Source of the DNA: a virus
Taxonomy: Duplodnaviria; Heunggongvirae; Uroviricota; Caudoviricetes
Strand: one strand, 5' to 3'
IMG/VR virus record: IMGVR_UViG_3300036876_000145
Coordinates: 19,489-83,488 of that record
Length of the DNA: 64,000 bases
Each line of letters starts with the position of its first letter. Within the stretch, counting starts at the first letter, position 1. A model generated the notes under the pieces. That model saw nothing but the letters and a program-made list of their open reading frames with translations, searched no databases and was not told the DNA's origin. Below are positions 10,041-19,962 of the stretch, piece by piece. The position numbers and the translations under genes are program-made.

Positions 10041-10811
10041 ATGAGTAGTTTACTCGAAATAGCTATTGAGCTGGCGCTGAAAGCACACCATGGGCAAATA
10101 GACTCGGATGGTGACCCTCACATTCTTCACAGCTTAGAGGTCATGTTTGCTGTAAAAAAAGAACTGGAATGTGCCCCCAATGAAACTCCAGATTGTTGCC
10201 TTCCCGTTTTATATGGAGCTACAAAAGAGCAACTTTTAGTAGCGGCTGTACTTCACGATGTGGTTGAAGACACTGATTTTTCTCTTGATCAGGTTCGTAA
10301 AGAATTCGGAGATGTGGTTGCAGATATCGTAGATTCCGTTACCCGACGTGAATCCGATGGAATAAAAGAATTTTATCGTGATTTTATTTATCGAGCCCGC
10401 GCGTCGAAAGGCGGAAGACTAGTTAAAATCGCAGACCTCCTCACAAATCTTAAACGCCTTCCAAATATTAAAATCGCTCACCCAAAATGGCATGACAAAC
10501 TTCAATATAAATATCACTTAGCAAAACGGGTGTTGCAGACTGAAGATGATGCTGCTTACAAGGTGGGTCAGTATACGCAGTTCGGAGGCTACGTGGTGCA
10601 GACTGAAGATGATGCTGCTTACAAGGTGGGCCAGCAGTTCGGAGGCTACGAAAAAGTGCGGCAGGTAAAGCTTTGGGAGAAGCTTTCTGGGGAGATTAGG
10701 GGTTATGACCCAAAGCAGTATTTTATTGCTGATCCCGATGGTAAACGCAAAGAAATTTCATCTGCTGAGTTTACATTCTTATTTCCTACCAAGCTACCCG
10801 AACCGAACTAG
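10041..10811 (+). CDS. small alarmone hydrolase, SpoT/Mesh1-type HD-domain (p)ppGpp hydrolase
   Basis: ALKAHHGQ...DPHILHSLEV, LHDVVEDT (HD motif) and KIADLLTNL match the RelA/SpoT hydrolase domain. Contains the internal tandem repeat VLQTEDDAAYKVGQ x2. Confidence 0.8.
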   Translation: MSSLLEIAIELALKAHHGQIDSDGDPHILHSLEVMFAVKKELECAPNETPDCCLPVLYGATKEQLLVAAVLHDVVEDTDFSLDQVRKEFGDVVADIVDSVTRRESDGIKEFYRDFIYRARASKGGRLVKIADLLTNLKRLPNIKIAHPKWHDKLQYKYHLAKRVLQTEDDAAYKVGQYTQFGGYVVQTEDDAAYKVGQQFGGYEKVRQVKLWEKLSGEIRGYDPKQYFIADPDGKRKEISSAEFTFLFPTKLPEPN

Positions 10812-10879
10812 CAGCTTGTGACCTAGAAAAGTATTATTCTTTTATGGTAAACTCAGCATCTAAGATTTGAGGAACAAAA

Positions 10880-12391
10880 ATGTCGATGACTGACAAGGAA
10901 ATCGCTGTTGTCAATAATGCTCGTGAAAAGATTACGGAGCAGCAAAATCTTTTAAAACGCCTCACCGCCGCCGCTTATCATGTGGGAGTCGTTACCGCTG
11001 TTTTGGATAAATCGGTGATTGTAGTTACGGCAAATCAAGTTTTTGAGTTAGATCAAGTTGAAAGTTCTATCCCAGTAAAAGTAGGAATGTCAGTAGACGT
11101 TCATCCCGAAACGGGACAAATTGTTCGGGTAAGCGACTACACTACTTACGGGGTATCTGGAACTGTCGTCCAAATAGACGATAAAACAATCCAACTTAAT
11201 ACCCCATCTGGTATATTGGCTACTGATTACGCTACCGTCCCCGTGGAAATTGGGGATCATGTGATCATGGACAGTACAAACCATGTCATCATCAAAAAAA
11301 TAAATCAGACTTCTAAATTTGCCTTTAAAACGAATGCAGTTTTAACCTGGGATGATATTGGCGCATGCGAAGATGCTAAAAAGGCAATTATTGCAGCGCT
11401 GGAAACTCCTTATGTTAAAAAAGATATTTTTAAGTATTTCCACAAAAAAGAAGTTAAAGGGGCTCTTTTGTGGGGTCGCGCAGGGAACGGTAAAACGCTC
11501 ATCGGAAGAGCGGCCGCAGGTTCCTTGGCTCGTATGCACAGCAAAGAATCAGTGGAATCCGGATTTGTTTACATTAAAGGGCCGGAGATTTTAGATAAAT
11601 ATGTAGGTGAGTCAGAAAGTCAAATTCGTTTGGCATTTGATTTTTGTAAACGCCACTACAAAAAATACGGGTACCCTGCTATTTTATTCATTGATGAAGC
11701 AGATGCTATTTTAATGCGCCGGGGAAGCCGCACATCCGCTGGCATGGAGCAAACCATTGTTCCCCAATTTCTCTCTGAAATGGATGGAATTGAAGATAGC
11801 GGGACTTTTGTGCTTTTGGCAACCAATCGGGCTGATACGCTGGATCCCGCTGTAATTCGTCCTGGGCGTATAGATCGACCAGTTTATGTAGCGCCCCCAA
11901 CGAAGGAAAATGCGCCATCCATTTGGAATATTCATATGCGGAATGTTCCTTTATCCAAGGGGGTCAGCTCTGAGGAATTGATTAAAACTACCAATGAAAG
12001 ACTTTTTAGCGAACAATATCCATTGTATAAATTGGAAACAACTATAGGAACTAGGGTTTTCAGTTTAGGTAGTCTGGTCAGTGGAGCGCTCATCGCTGGT
12101 ATTGTAGAGCGAGCTTCGGCGGTTGCTATTGATCGTAATAATGACGCTAAAAATATTGATGGGTTGTGTCAAAAAGATTTCGACATTGCTTTAACAGCTA
12201 TGCATAAAGAGCAGTATGGTATGAATCACATGGATGAGCTACGAGAGTTCGTTGAGAATCAAAAATTGCAAGTAACAGCTATGGAGCAGTACCATAACGG
12301 GGTGAAGATCGATGTTCGTTCTCCATCTTCACCTACGGCACAACTGGTAGCTGTTCCAATTCCAAGTTCAAAACAGAGGTATGATTCCTAA
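10880..12391 (+). CDS. AAA+ ATPase of the proteasome-activating PAN/Mpa/ARC type
   Basis: N-terminal coiled coil plus OB-like segment, Walker A GRAGNGKT, Walker B ILFIDEADAI, second region of homology LLATNRADTLDPAVIRPGRIDR. Confidence 0.85.
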   Translation: MSMTDKEIAVVNNAREKITEQQNLLKRLTAAAYHVGVVTAVLDKSVIVVTANQVFELDQVESSIPVKVGMSVDVHPETGQIVRVSDYTTYGVSGTVVQIDDKTIQLNTPSGILATDYATVPVEIGDHVIMDSTNHVIIKKINQTSKFAFKTNAVLTWDDIGACEDAKKAIIAALETPYVKKDIFKYFHKKEVKGALLWGRAGNGKTLIGRAAAGSLARMHSKESVESGFVYIKGPEILDKYVGESESQIRLAFDFCKRHYKKYGYPAILFIDEADAILMRRGSRTSAGMEQTIVPQFLSEMDGIEDSGTFVLLATNRADTLDPAVIRPGRIDRPVYVAPPTKENAPSIWNIHMRNVPLSKGVSSEELIKTTNERLFSEQYPLYKLETTIGTRVFSLGSLVSGALIAGIVERASAVAIDRNNDAKNIDGLCQKDFDIALTAMHKEQYGMNHMDELREFVENQKLQVTAMEQYHNGVKIDVRSPSSPTAQLVAVPIPSSKQRYDS

Positions 12392-12601
12392 ATGTCTCAA
12401 GTACAAAAAGAAAGACCACAAGAAAAGAAACCTCGCCCTCAAGAAAATCATGGTCCAACTCTCGATGCAAATATTGACATAGGGGATGCGGATGATATTT
12501 TGAAGGAGCTTGAAGAAATTGAACACCCGAACCAGAATATACCAGAATATTTTAGAGCACCCTGTTGTGTAGCAATAGCTAAAAAGAAATCGGTTCGCTA
12601 A
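12392..12601 (+). CDS. Pup-like small acidic protein (candidate ligand of the adjacent unfoldase)
   Basis: 69 aa. N-terminus MSQVQKER resembles Pup MAQEQTKR. Acidic helix DADDILKELEEIE resembles TDDLLDEIDDVLEE. Gene order right after an Mpa-like ATPase. Lacks the terminal GGQ/GGE. Confidence 0.4.
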   Translation: MSQVQKERPQEKKPRPQENHGPTLDANIDIGDADDILKELEEIEHPNQNIPEYFRAPCCVAIAKKKSVR

Positions 12602-12909
12602 TGCAGGAAAAGAAAACAAAACCGGCAATTCCTGTAAAGAAAGGAAAAGGTATTTCTCCGATCAATATCCATCTTGACCCTGTAGGCGACATTGTGGGTG
12701 AATTGTATGAGATCTCAAATCCCCGTCAGCGATTCGAAATTCAGTACACTGAAATTGATATACGTTCCACAAGGGGTGTTTGCCCTAACACTGGGCAGTA
12801 CACCGATTTATCATTTAGCGCTGAAAAACCTCGTATTCAAGCTTGTAGAGTGGGTTGTTCTTGCCACGCCTGTCTTTACAATAATTGTATCGGACACATA
12901 GAGCCATGA
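12601..12909 (+). CDS. hypothetical protein
   Basis: 102-aa ORF with a Cys-rich C-terminus. Confidence 0.4.
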   Translation: MQEKKTKPAIPVKKGKGISPINIHLDPVGDIVGELYEISNPRQRFEIQYTEIDIRSTRGVCPNTGQYTDLSFSAEKPRIQACRVGCSCHACLYNNCIGHIEP

Positions 12910-13220
12910 ATTTATCCGCTTTATTCCAACTGGTATACCTTAGCATCCCGTGTGGTGCTCTGAGTGCATTGATCACCCAAGGGGCGATATTTAACCCTCT
13001 ACATGCTGCGTTACGTTTACGTAGCCCTTGGCTGGACGAATTGCTTTCCTGCCCATGGTGTACAAGTCAGTGGATTGCGGCTATTTTGGTGTGTATTTAT
13101 CACCCAATCGTGATCTCTTGTTGGGCTCCAATTGACTATTTTGTATCAATTTTAGTGATGGCTGCACTTGCGTCTGTCACCGTTAAGCTGGTATACTCAA
13201 TATACAAGTCTATGGACTAA
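12885..13220 (+). CDS. small membrane protein
   Basis: 111 aa, hydrophobic, Cys/Trp-rich. Confidence 0.4.
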   Translation: MYRTHRAMNLSALFQLVYLSIPCGALSALITQGAIFNPLHAALRLRSPWLDELLSCPWCTSQWIAAILVCIYHPIVISCWAPIDYFVSILVMAALASVTVKLVYSIYKSMD

Positions 13221-13225
13221 TAATT

Positions 13226-15322
13226 ATGGGTCTTCAAGAATACACCACAGCGCTAAACGCGAAACTAGAAAAAGCACGGGACGCTTATTACAAGAAGGGC
13301 GAACCCGTGATGTCCGATGCTGAATATGACGCTCAGGAAAAAGAGTTGGCGGATATAATATCGGCTAATCCTCAATTGAAGGTGTTCGCCCCTGTACTCC
13401 ATACAGTGGGTTCCGATGTAACGGCCTCTGGAAGAGTGAAGCACAGCCGTCCCATGCTCAGCATTGAGAACAAATACACTGTTGATGACTTTGTGGAATG
13501 GGCTAAGAAAATATGGGCAGGATATCCCGACGCCAAATTCTGCTTAGAGCCAAAATTTGATGGTGTGAGCGTAGAATTAAGGTATAGGCATGGAAAATTG
13601 CATCAAGCCGTTTCCCGCGGTACGGGCAGTGAAGGAGAAGATTGCACTTTACAGGTAATGGCGATCAAATCCATTCCAAAAACAGTACCTAATAGTTTTC
13701 CAAATGTGTTTGACATTCGGGGAGAAATGGTCATGCGGAATGACACCCTTGAACGTCTCAACGCTGAGGCCCAAAAATATGGGGGTAAAATTTATCAGTC
13801 CACCCGTAATCTAACAGCGGGTACCATGAAAAAGCAAGACGCTAAAATTGTAGCTAGTCGTGACCTTGAATATAGACCTTGGGAAGTGACAGGTTCAGAT
13901 TTAAATGATAGTGGGTTTGCCCGCTTGGATATGCTTGTTGATGCGGGGTTTGTCGCTCCCTTGGGAGAACTGGTAGAAGATGAAGCTTCACTACGAGCTG
14001 TTTTAGCGAAGAAACTTAAGGAGCGCACAACTAAACTTCGTGATATTCTTTCCTTGGAAACTGATGGCGTAGTCATTAAAGTAGATTCGAATGCTTTACG
14101 CACACAGTTAGGAGTTGCTTCTAAATATACCAACTGGCAAACCTGCTTCAAACCCCAATCTGCCTCTGGTACTACGTATCTACGCAGCATCGAATGGCAG
14201 GTAGGACGAACAGGAAAATTGTCTCCTGTTGCGGAATGTGACCCCGTGATACTGGCTTCCGCGAAGGTCGAACACGCCAGTCTTAACAACATCTCCTGGA
14301 TTAAAGAAAAAGGTTTGAAACTGGGGGCAAAGGTAGAAATGCTGCGATCCGGGGATGTGATCCCTCAAATCGTTCGTGTGATTGACGAAGGGGATGATGA
14401 AATCATTCCACCAACAAAATGTCCGGAATGCGCTGGAAAAGTTGTGGAGATGGATGAGGGCGGAGTAGGCATCATTCAACATTTTTGTACCAATCAAGCA
14501 TGCCCCGGTATTCTACGGGGGTATTTGGCTTTTATTGGTAGTAGGGATGTACTAGAAATCGATGGGTTGGGTCCAGAAGCAGCAAGAACACTAGTGAAAG
14601 AGGAAGGGATCCATGATCTGGCTGGGCTTTTTAATTTTTATAATAGATGCCAAGATAAAAGACTCTCCATGGATACAAATAAAGAATTTATCGCCTATGC
14701 TCGAATGATAGGATTTGATGCCACTCTTCCCAAAATGTTGGATTCCTTAGAGAAGGCTAAAACCGCTCCTTGGGAGCGTTGGATCAAAGCTTTGGGGATT
14801 CCTATGATTGGGGAAACTCATGGTAAAGCTTTGGTGACATTTTTTAAGCTCACCCCAGAGAGCTTCAAAGATTTATGGCAAATTACCCAAAACTTGGAAG
14901 AGAACAAAATTGAGGGTATAGGGCCGCAGAAAATAAAAGCTTTATCTGAATGGGGGGCGAACCCTGACAACAAAGTTTTGTGTTTGTCATTATTCAATTT
15001 AGGTGTGCGTCCTACTCCTCCGGAAACGCCTAAAATAGTAGCTGGGGCACCTCTAAGTGGTATTATTTTCTGCATTACAGGGGAGTTTGACGAAGATAGA
15101 AACTCTCTTATCAAGAAACTTGTTAGCTTAGGGGCCGAATCTAAAACTGGTGTAACCAAAAAAATAAATCTTTTGATCGTTGGTGATGACGCGGGAAAAA
15201 CTAAGTTGACTAAAGCCGCAGAATTAGGTATAAAACAAGTAGGGAAAGATTGGCTCGTTAAAACTTTGTCCGATAGCGGCATTAAAATGTCGCAAAATAA
15301 CTTTGTTCCAGAGCAGGCGTAA
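13226..15322 (+). CDS. ligA: NAD-dependent DNA ligase
   Basis: Ia domain YYKKGEPVMSDAEYD, adenylation KxDG (EPKFDGVSVEL), OB domain, Cys4 zinc finger CPECAGKV...CTNQACPG, HhH region, C-terminal BRCT. Confidence 0.9.
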   Translation: MGLQEYTTALNAKLEKARDAYYKKGEPVMSDAEYDAQEKELADIISANPQLKVFAPVLHTVGSDVTASGRVKHSRPMLSIENKYTVDDFVEWAKKIWAGYPDAKFCLEPKFDGVSVELRYRHGKLHQAVSRGTGSEGEDCTLQVMAIKSIPKTVPNSFPNVFDIRGEMVMRNDTLERLNAEAQKYGGKIYQSTRNLTAGTMKKQDAKIVASRDLEYRPWEVTGSDLNDSGFARLDMLVDAGFVAPLGELVEDEASLRAVLAKKLKERTTKLRDILSLETDGVVIKVDSNALRTQLGVASKYTNWQTCFKPQSASGTTYLRSIEWQVGRTGKLSPVAECDPVILASAKVEHASLNNISWIKEKGLKLGAKVEMLRSGDVIPQIVRVIDEGDDEIIPPTKCPECAGKVVEMDEGGVGIIQHFCTNQACPGILRGYLAFIGSRDVLEIDGLGPEAARTLVKEEGIHDLAGLFNFYNRCQDKRLSMDTNKEFIAYARMIGFDATLPKMLDSLEKAKTAPWERWIKALGIPMIGETHGKALVTFFKLTPESFKDLWQITQNLEENKIEGIGPQKIKALSEWGANPDNKVLCLSLFNLGVRPTPPETPKIVAGAPLSGIIFCITGEFDEDRNSLIKKLVSLGAESKTGVTKKINLLIVGDDAGKTKLTKAAELGIKQVGKDWLVKTLSDSGIKMSQNNFVPEQA

Positions 15323-15333
15323 GGAGTGAAAAT

Positions 15334-15702
15334 ATGAAAATGAAAATCGTTACTATGTTTATCGCACTTTTCTTCGTTTTGGGAGTTAATTCCCAAGCAC
15401 AGGGTGTTTCTTATCCGTATTCTGTAGTTTTGACTTGGACTCCCCCATCTGGGGCTACAGGTATTAATGTCTACAGAACAACTTATTCGTCTGGAGCTTG
15501 TGGAACTTTCGCACTCCTGACAACCACATCACTCACCGGTACAGCAAAGACTTATACGGATACAACGGTAGCCTCTTTGGGGGATTATTGCTACGGAGTT
15601 ACAGCTCTGGTTGGTGCAGCTGAATCAGGAATGTCGAATATTCCTCCCCCGTCACAGATTCCGCCTACGCCACCTACAGCCTTGGCTACACAAGAACAAT
15701 AA
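15334..15702 (+). CDS. secreted protein with FN3/Ig-like fold
   Basis: Signal peptide MKMKIVTMFIALFFVLGVNSQAQG; SVVLTWTPPSGATGINVYRTTY is FN3-like. Confidence 0.55.
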   Translation: MKMKIVTMFIALFFVLGVNSQAQGVSYPYSVVLTWTPPSGATGINVYRTTYSSGACGTFALLTTTSLTGTAKTYTDTTVASLGDYCYGVTALVGAAESGMSNIPPPSQIPPTPPTALATQEQ

Positions 15703-15706
15703 ACTT

Positions 15707-15812
15707 TTAGGTGCGGCGTTAACGCGGAACGATTTAGGTCGCTCCGGATGAAGGGGTAAGGTTTAGGTTACGAATCCTTACGCTAATCGGTTCCAATCCG
15801 GCCCGCACAAGA
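15707..15812 (+). ncRNA. candidate structured RNA
   Basis: Terminal stem gtgcgg...ccgcac encloses internal hairpins (gtaagg...ccttac) and a T-loop-like ggttacgaatcc. Lies between convergent ORF ends. Confidence 0.25.
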
Positions 15813-16121
15813 GTTTTAGCGGAGGGGAGAGCATGACGCAGAAGATTGAGTCGATTCAGGATTGGTTGCTGAGGCACGGCCACCATGCCGAAGATACGGT
15901 TAATGGAGAGCCGCTGCTCGACCTGCTGTGGAAATTCTGGGTGGACTCCGTAAAGGAGCGGACGAAAATTGGAGGGTCAGGGAGATGAGCGCTGAATCCA
16001 CAATGACGCCTCAACAGAAAATCTTGGCGGCGAAATTAGCGAAAGAATCGCTGGAACAACACTCAAAAAATATTTTGTTCAATACGGCAAAAACCCACAT
16101 CATACACAATGGAGATGATTT

Positions 16122-16775
16122 ATGTCAATTAAAGAAATGTTGGAAAGTGCGGCACATGCGGTATGGGTACCCGGAGATGAAAAACTTTCAACTGCTGCCC
16201 CAGCTAAAGGTGCAACTCCAAGTTTTACTTTTCCGGGTTTAGGTAATTCAGGTACTGCACCTACAGCAGCACCATCTCCATTTTTGGTACCTGGTTCCGT
16301 GGCTCTAGACGAGGGCGTATACCAGAAAGTACTCGCTAAAACAAACTTTGAAACCACACCGGCTTGTATCTCCATTCATAAGTATTATGACGCTATGGAA
16401 GGTATGCCGATGGACATTAAAACTAAGTTCAAGATGGCAATAGCGCAAGCCGCCAAGCTTGACGGTCTGACGGCAGATAAAATCCTCGCCACATTTGATG
16501 GCTTGAAAACCGCTCTGGCAGCAGATGCGAATAATTTCGCTAAGTTTGCCGAGGAACGAGAAAAAACTCAAATTACATCCCGGCAGACAAAAATACAGCA
16601 AATCACTGATCAAATTACCGCCCTGGAAACTCAACATACCCAGCTCGCCGCTGAGTTAGCGGATGAACAGAATAAACACGTTGCTGGTACAACGCAATAC
16701 GCCTTGGCACAACAACGCCGAGCGACAGAAATTGATCAACAGAAGGCGGAATTTGCGGCCCTGCTATCGCACTAG
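16122..16775 (+). CDS. hypothetical protein with Pro/Ala-rich N-terminus and coiled-coil C-terminus
   Basis: 217-aa ORF. Overlaps the out-of-frame ORF 15928-16242, so the start is ambiguous. Confidence 0.5.
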   Translation: MSIKEMLESAAHAVWVPGDEKLSTAAPAKGATPSFTFPGLGNSGTAPTAAPSPFLVPGSVALDEGVYQKVLAKTNFETTPACISIHKYYDAMEGMPMDIKTKFKMAIAQAAKLDGLTADKILATFDGLKTALAADANNFAKFAEEREKTQITSRQTKIQQITDQITALETQHTQLAAELADEQNKHVAGTTQYALAQQRRATEIDQQKAEFAALLSH

Positions 16776-16811
16776 ATCAGGAATAAAATCCAACCACGGA
16801 GCGAAACATAT

Positions 16812-17906
16812 ATGAGCACAACACCTTTGAATCTAAGCAATTTCTCCCCGAAGTCTTTCTTCAGTCGGCCAGAGGGTAAATGGTTTGGAATACCCGTTTT
16901 ACTCGCTCTAGCCGCGGTTGGTATTTACGGGTTTTTTCAAGCTCTCCCTTTCCTGCTAATCGCCTTTACAAACATGATATATCTGGGTGTACTCGGTGCG
17001 GTTTTGATCGGGATGATAATGCTCGCTCTGAACCCTACAGTTCAGTGTGTTGTCAAGAACATGTTCCAATCTTTTTGTCGTGGGGTAGCCGGTATCCTGG
17101 TAACAATTGACCCCATCGGAATTTTAAAAAATAATCTCGATGATATGAAAAAGGGCAAAGAAAAATTAAGTGCCACAATTCGCCGGATGGCTGGCAGTGA
17201 TAGCAAACTACTTAGAAAGATATCCGACCGCAAAGAGGCAATTAAGCAGTTGATGGCAGAAGCCCAATCTGCTGAGCGTATGGCAGCAGCAGCTAAAACT
17301 CAACTAGATGCTGATCGCTTCAAAATGAAGACGACTACTAATCAGCAGAAAGCCGGATTCCTAATGTCTGGAGTTGACCAGTTGTCCCAATTGGAAGTGC
17401 AAACTAAAAGTCTCTTGGATAAATTTCGACGCTGGGAAGTGGCAACTGATGCTAAGATTGAGCGAACAGATTTCCAAGTAAGTTACTGGTCTGATCAACG
17501 AGAAACTATTCTGGATGCTCAGAAAGCGCTCAAATTTGCCGACCGAATTCTTAAGGGAGACCCAGAACAGTTGAAGCTGGTAAACAGTGCAATTGAATTT
17601 ATGGCCGATGATGCTGCACGAACTGTAGGCGAAATTGAAGATTTTAACCGTTTCTCTGAAAAAATGCTTACAGATTTCGATGTTGAAAATGATGCCAATG
17701 CTACTAGGGCTAAGGAGAAATTTACAGAATTTGGCGCAAAGTTGGATGCAGACGCGAGTCGCCCCACGGCGGCGGATGCTTTACAGGCGGCTATTAATGC
17801 AGCACCATCACCCACACTCCCAAATTCTCCGATCCTTGGTCGCGGTGTTGGGGTAGGAGCTAACGGAACAACGGGCTCTGATTACAACGATTTGTTTAAC
17901 AAATAA
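16812..17906 (+). CDS. membrane-anchored coiled-coil protein
   Basis: Two to three N-terminal transmembrane helices followed by a long coiled coil. Confidence 0.55.
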   Translation: MSTTPLNLSNFSPKSFFSRPEGKWFGIPVLLALAAVGIYGFFQALPFLLIAFTNMIYLGVLGAVLIGMIMLALNPTVQCVVKNMFQSFCRGVAGILVTIDPIGILKNNLDDMKKGKEKLSATIRRMAGSDSKLLRKISDRKEAIKQLMAEAQSAERMAAAAKTQLDADRFKMKTTTNQQKAGFLMSGVDQLSQLEVQTKSLLDKFRRWEVATDAKIERTDFQVSYWSDQRETILDAQKALKFADRILKGDPEQLKLVNSAIEFMADDAARTVGEIEDFNRFSEKMLTDFDVENDANATRAKEKFTEFGAKLDADASRPTAADALQAAINAAPSPTLPNSPILGRGVGVGANGTTGSDYNDLFNK

Positions 17907-17955
17907 AATTTAATTTGTTAAATGTTTGCATCTTAATTTACGAGGAGAAAAATTT

Positions 17956-19857
17956 ATGGCTGGACATGTTACCCCACAAGCGAAGGTTCTTTTGGTTATT
18001 GTTGGAGTTGTAGGACTCTGTTTCTTAGGTAAGACAGCGATGGAACGGGGCTGGATGCCAACTCCCAACATCATGAAGGCGATTGTCCCATCCCACATTT
18101 CACTTCCAGAAGTGAAAGATGCACAGGTTGCGAATGTTGTACCGGCACCCCTACCACAAAGCACACCGGCAACCGTTTCTAATACGCCTATCATCGGAGA
18201 AGTTTGGGAATGGAATGCTATGTTAGGTCATCTATTGGCAAACGGCGGTAAACATACAACCGCTGGTTCCCTGATGGCAAAGCGTAATGTTAATCTGACA
18301 CTTAAGAGGCAAGATCTCACCGATCAAATGCAATTGGATTTGATCGCTTGTGCCAGCCAGCTAGCGGGGGGGTCTACGGATTGTTCCACCGGAGCGAACT
18401 ATGTTATTATCATGGGCGACGGTGCGGGGCAATTTGCAGCTGCTACCAATCCAAAGCTTTATGACTTGGACTGCAAGGGAAAGCCAAAGGGCTGCGTTTC
18501 GAAGTATACGCTCAAGGTTATCGCCGCAACTGGATATAGCCGCGGAGAAGATGCCTTTTTGGCCCCTCCGAATGTAAAGAAAGATTCCAAGTCTTTCAAT
18601 CAATCCCCTATGCCTGGGTCGCAAGATTCCAAGGGTCAGGAAATTACTGGCCTATTGGTTGAAGGCGTTCTTCGTGATGGTGATTGGAACATCGCCTTAA
18701 AGTGGGCTGGTGATAACGCCATCCCCAATAACCCGGACGAAAAGACTTTCGATCCAGATGCAGTTAACTGGATCAATGCTCCGGATTACAACACCGCCGC
18801 TACAGATTATGTCGCCGGTAAGTGCGAAGATCGTAAACTCGTGCATGCGGGGCGTCCTACAGGGGATATGGTGCATGTCTGTGTAAACTCCCTTGTGACT
18901 TGGACACCCGGAGATGTTGTAGCCGTGACGAAGAAGGGCGGCGTAGTGAAGGTTGTTTCTTCCAAACAAAATCGCAGTCAGATGCCCGCTGTGATTATTG
19001 GTCCGGCAAAGTTTTTCCAAGACAATCGGGAAGAAATCACTAACATGCTCGCTGCTACTTTCGAAGGTGGCGACCAAGTGAAGGCGTTTGACTTGGCTCT
19101 GCACAAGGCGGCAGCTATTTCATCCGATGTTTATGACGATAAGGGTGATGCTCCAAACGAAAACGGAGACTACTGGTACCGTTATTACAAGGGTGTTCCG
19201 TACAAGGATCCCACCACGGGGCAGATAGTCGAACTAGGCGGTTCGTCTGTGAACAACTTGGATGATAACCTTATCTTGTTTGGTATGAAGGATAAGGGGA
19301 ATGACAACTTCCGCTCAACTTATACGCTCTTTGCGAACATTGATGTACAGCAATACCCAACTTTGTTCAAAGAGACTCCAATTCCTGATGTGAAGCTTGT
19401 GGAAGATAAGTCTTTCATCCAGGGAGCGAAGGATATACTCAGCGGGGATAACAACACCGGCTCCGAAGCAGCGGAACCAGCGTATGAACAGCAAGCTACG
19501 GGAAGTGTCATTGGTCAGCGTGCCTATGATATCAACTTCAAGACGAATGAAGCGAAACTTACCGAGGCTGGTGAGGCACAGTTGAAGCAATTGAAGGATG
19601 GCTGGGCAATCACCGGAGCGTTTATTCAGGTCGATGGCTATACAGACAGCACAGGCAATGAAGATCACAACCTTGAACTATCAAAGGGACGTGCGGCCGC
19701 TGTGGTTACATACCTGCACACAAACTGGCCGACAAACTTCCCGGCAAAGCGTTTCAAAGCCACGGGTCACGGTTCTCAAGACCCCGTAGCTTCTAACGCT
19801 ACAGCCGAAGGGAAGGCTCAAAATCGTAGGGTTACGATTACCCTGCTAGGCAAGTAA
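17956..19857 (+). CDS. OmpA-family protein (N-terminal TM anchor, C-terminal OmpA/MotB peptidoglycan-binding domain)
   Basis: Start set at MAGHV, which has an aggag Shine-Dalgarno. C-terminus ...GYTDSTGNEDHNLELSKGRAAAVVTYL is an OmpA C-like domain. Confidence 0.75.
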   Translation: MAGHVTPQAKVLLVIVGVVGLCFLGKTAMERGWMPTPNIMKAIVPSHISLPEVKDAQVANVVPAPLPQSTPATVSNTPIIGEVWEWNAMLGHLLANGGKHTTAGSLMAKRNVNLTLKRQDLTDQMQLDLIACASQLAGGSTDCSTGANYVIIMGDGAGQFAAATNPKLYDLDCKGKPKGCVSKYTLKVIAATGYSRGEDAFLAPPNVKKDSKSFNQSPMPGSQDSKGQEITGLLVEGVLRDGDWNIALKWAGDNAIPNNPDEKTFDPDAVNWINAPDYNTAATDYVAGKCEDRKLVHAGRPTGDMVHVCVNSLVTWTPGDVVAVTKKGGVVKVVSSKQNRSQMPAVIIGPAKFFQDNREEITNMLAATFEGGDQVKAFDLALHKAAAISSDVYDDKGDAPNENGDYWYRYYKGVPYKDPTTGQIVELGGSSVNNLDDNLILFGMKDKGNDNFRSTYTLFANIDVQQYPTLFKETPIPDVKLVEDKSFIQGAKDILSGDNNTGSEAAEPAYEQQATGSVIGQRAYDINFKTNEAKLTEAGEAQLKQLKDGWAITGAFIQVDGYTDSTGNEDHNLELSKGRAAAVVTYLHTNWPTNFPAKRFKATGHGSQDPVASNATAEGKAQNRRVTITLLGK

Positions 19858-19962
19858 AACAGTCCCACAACTGAAAATATGTGGGTGGTGGGAGTGGGAG
19901 TAGACCTACTTAGGGTCAGAAGAAATTCTGACCCTAATTCTTTTTATTCGCATCTTAAATAT

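Noticed and set aside
12392-12601. Calling the small acidic ORF an authentic ligatable Pup
   Set aside because: It lacks the C-terminal Gly-Gly-Gln/Glu needed for Dop/PafA chemistry, and no PafA or Dop homologue is visible. Retained only as Pup-like.
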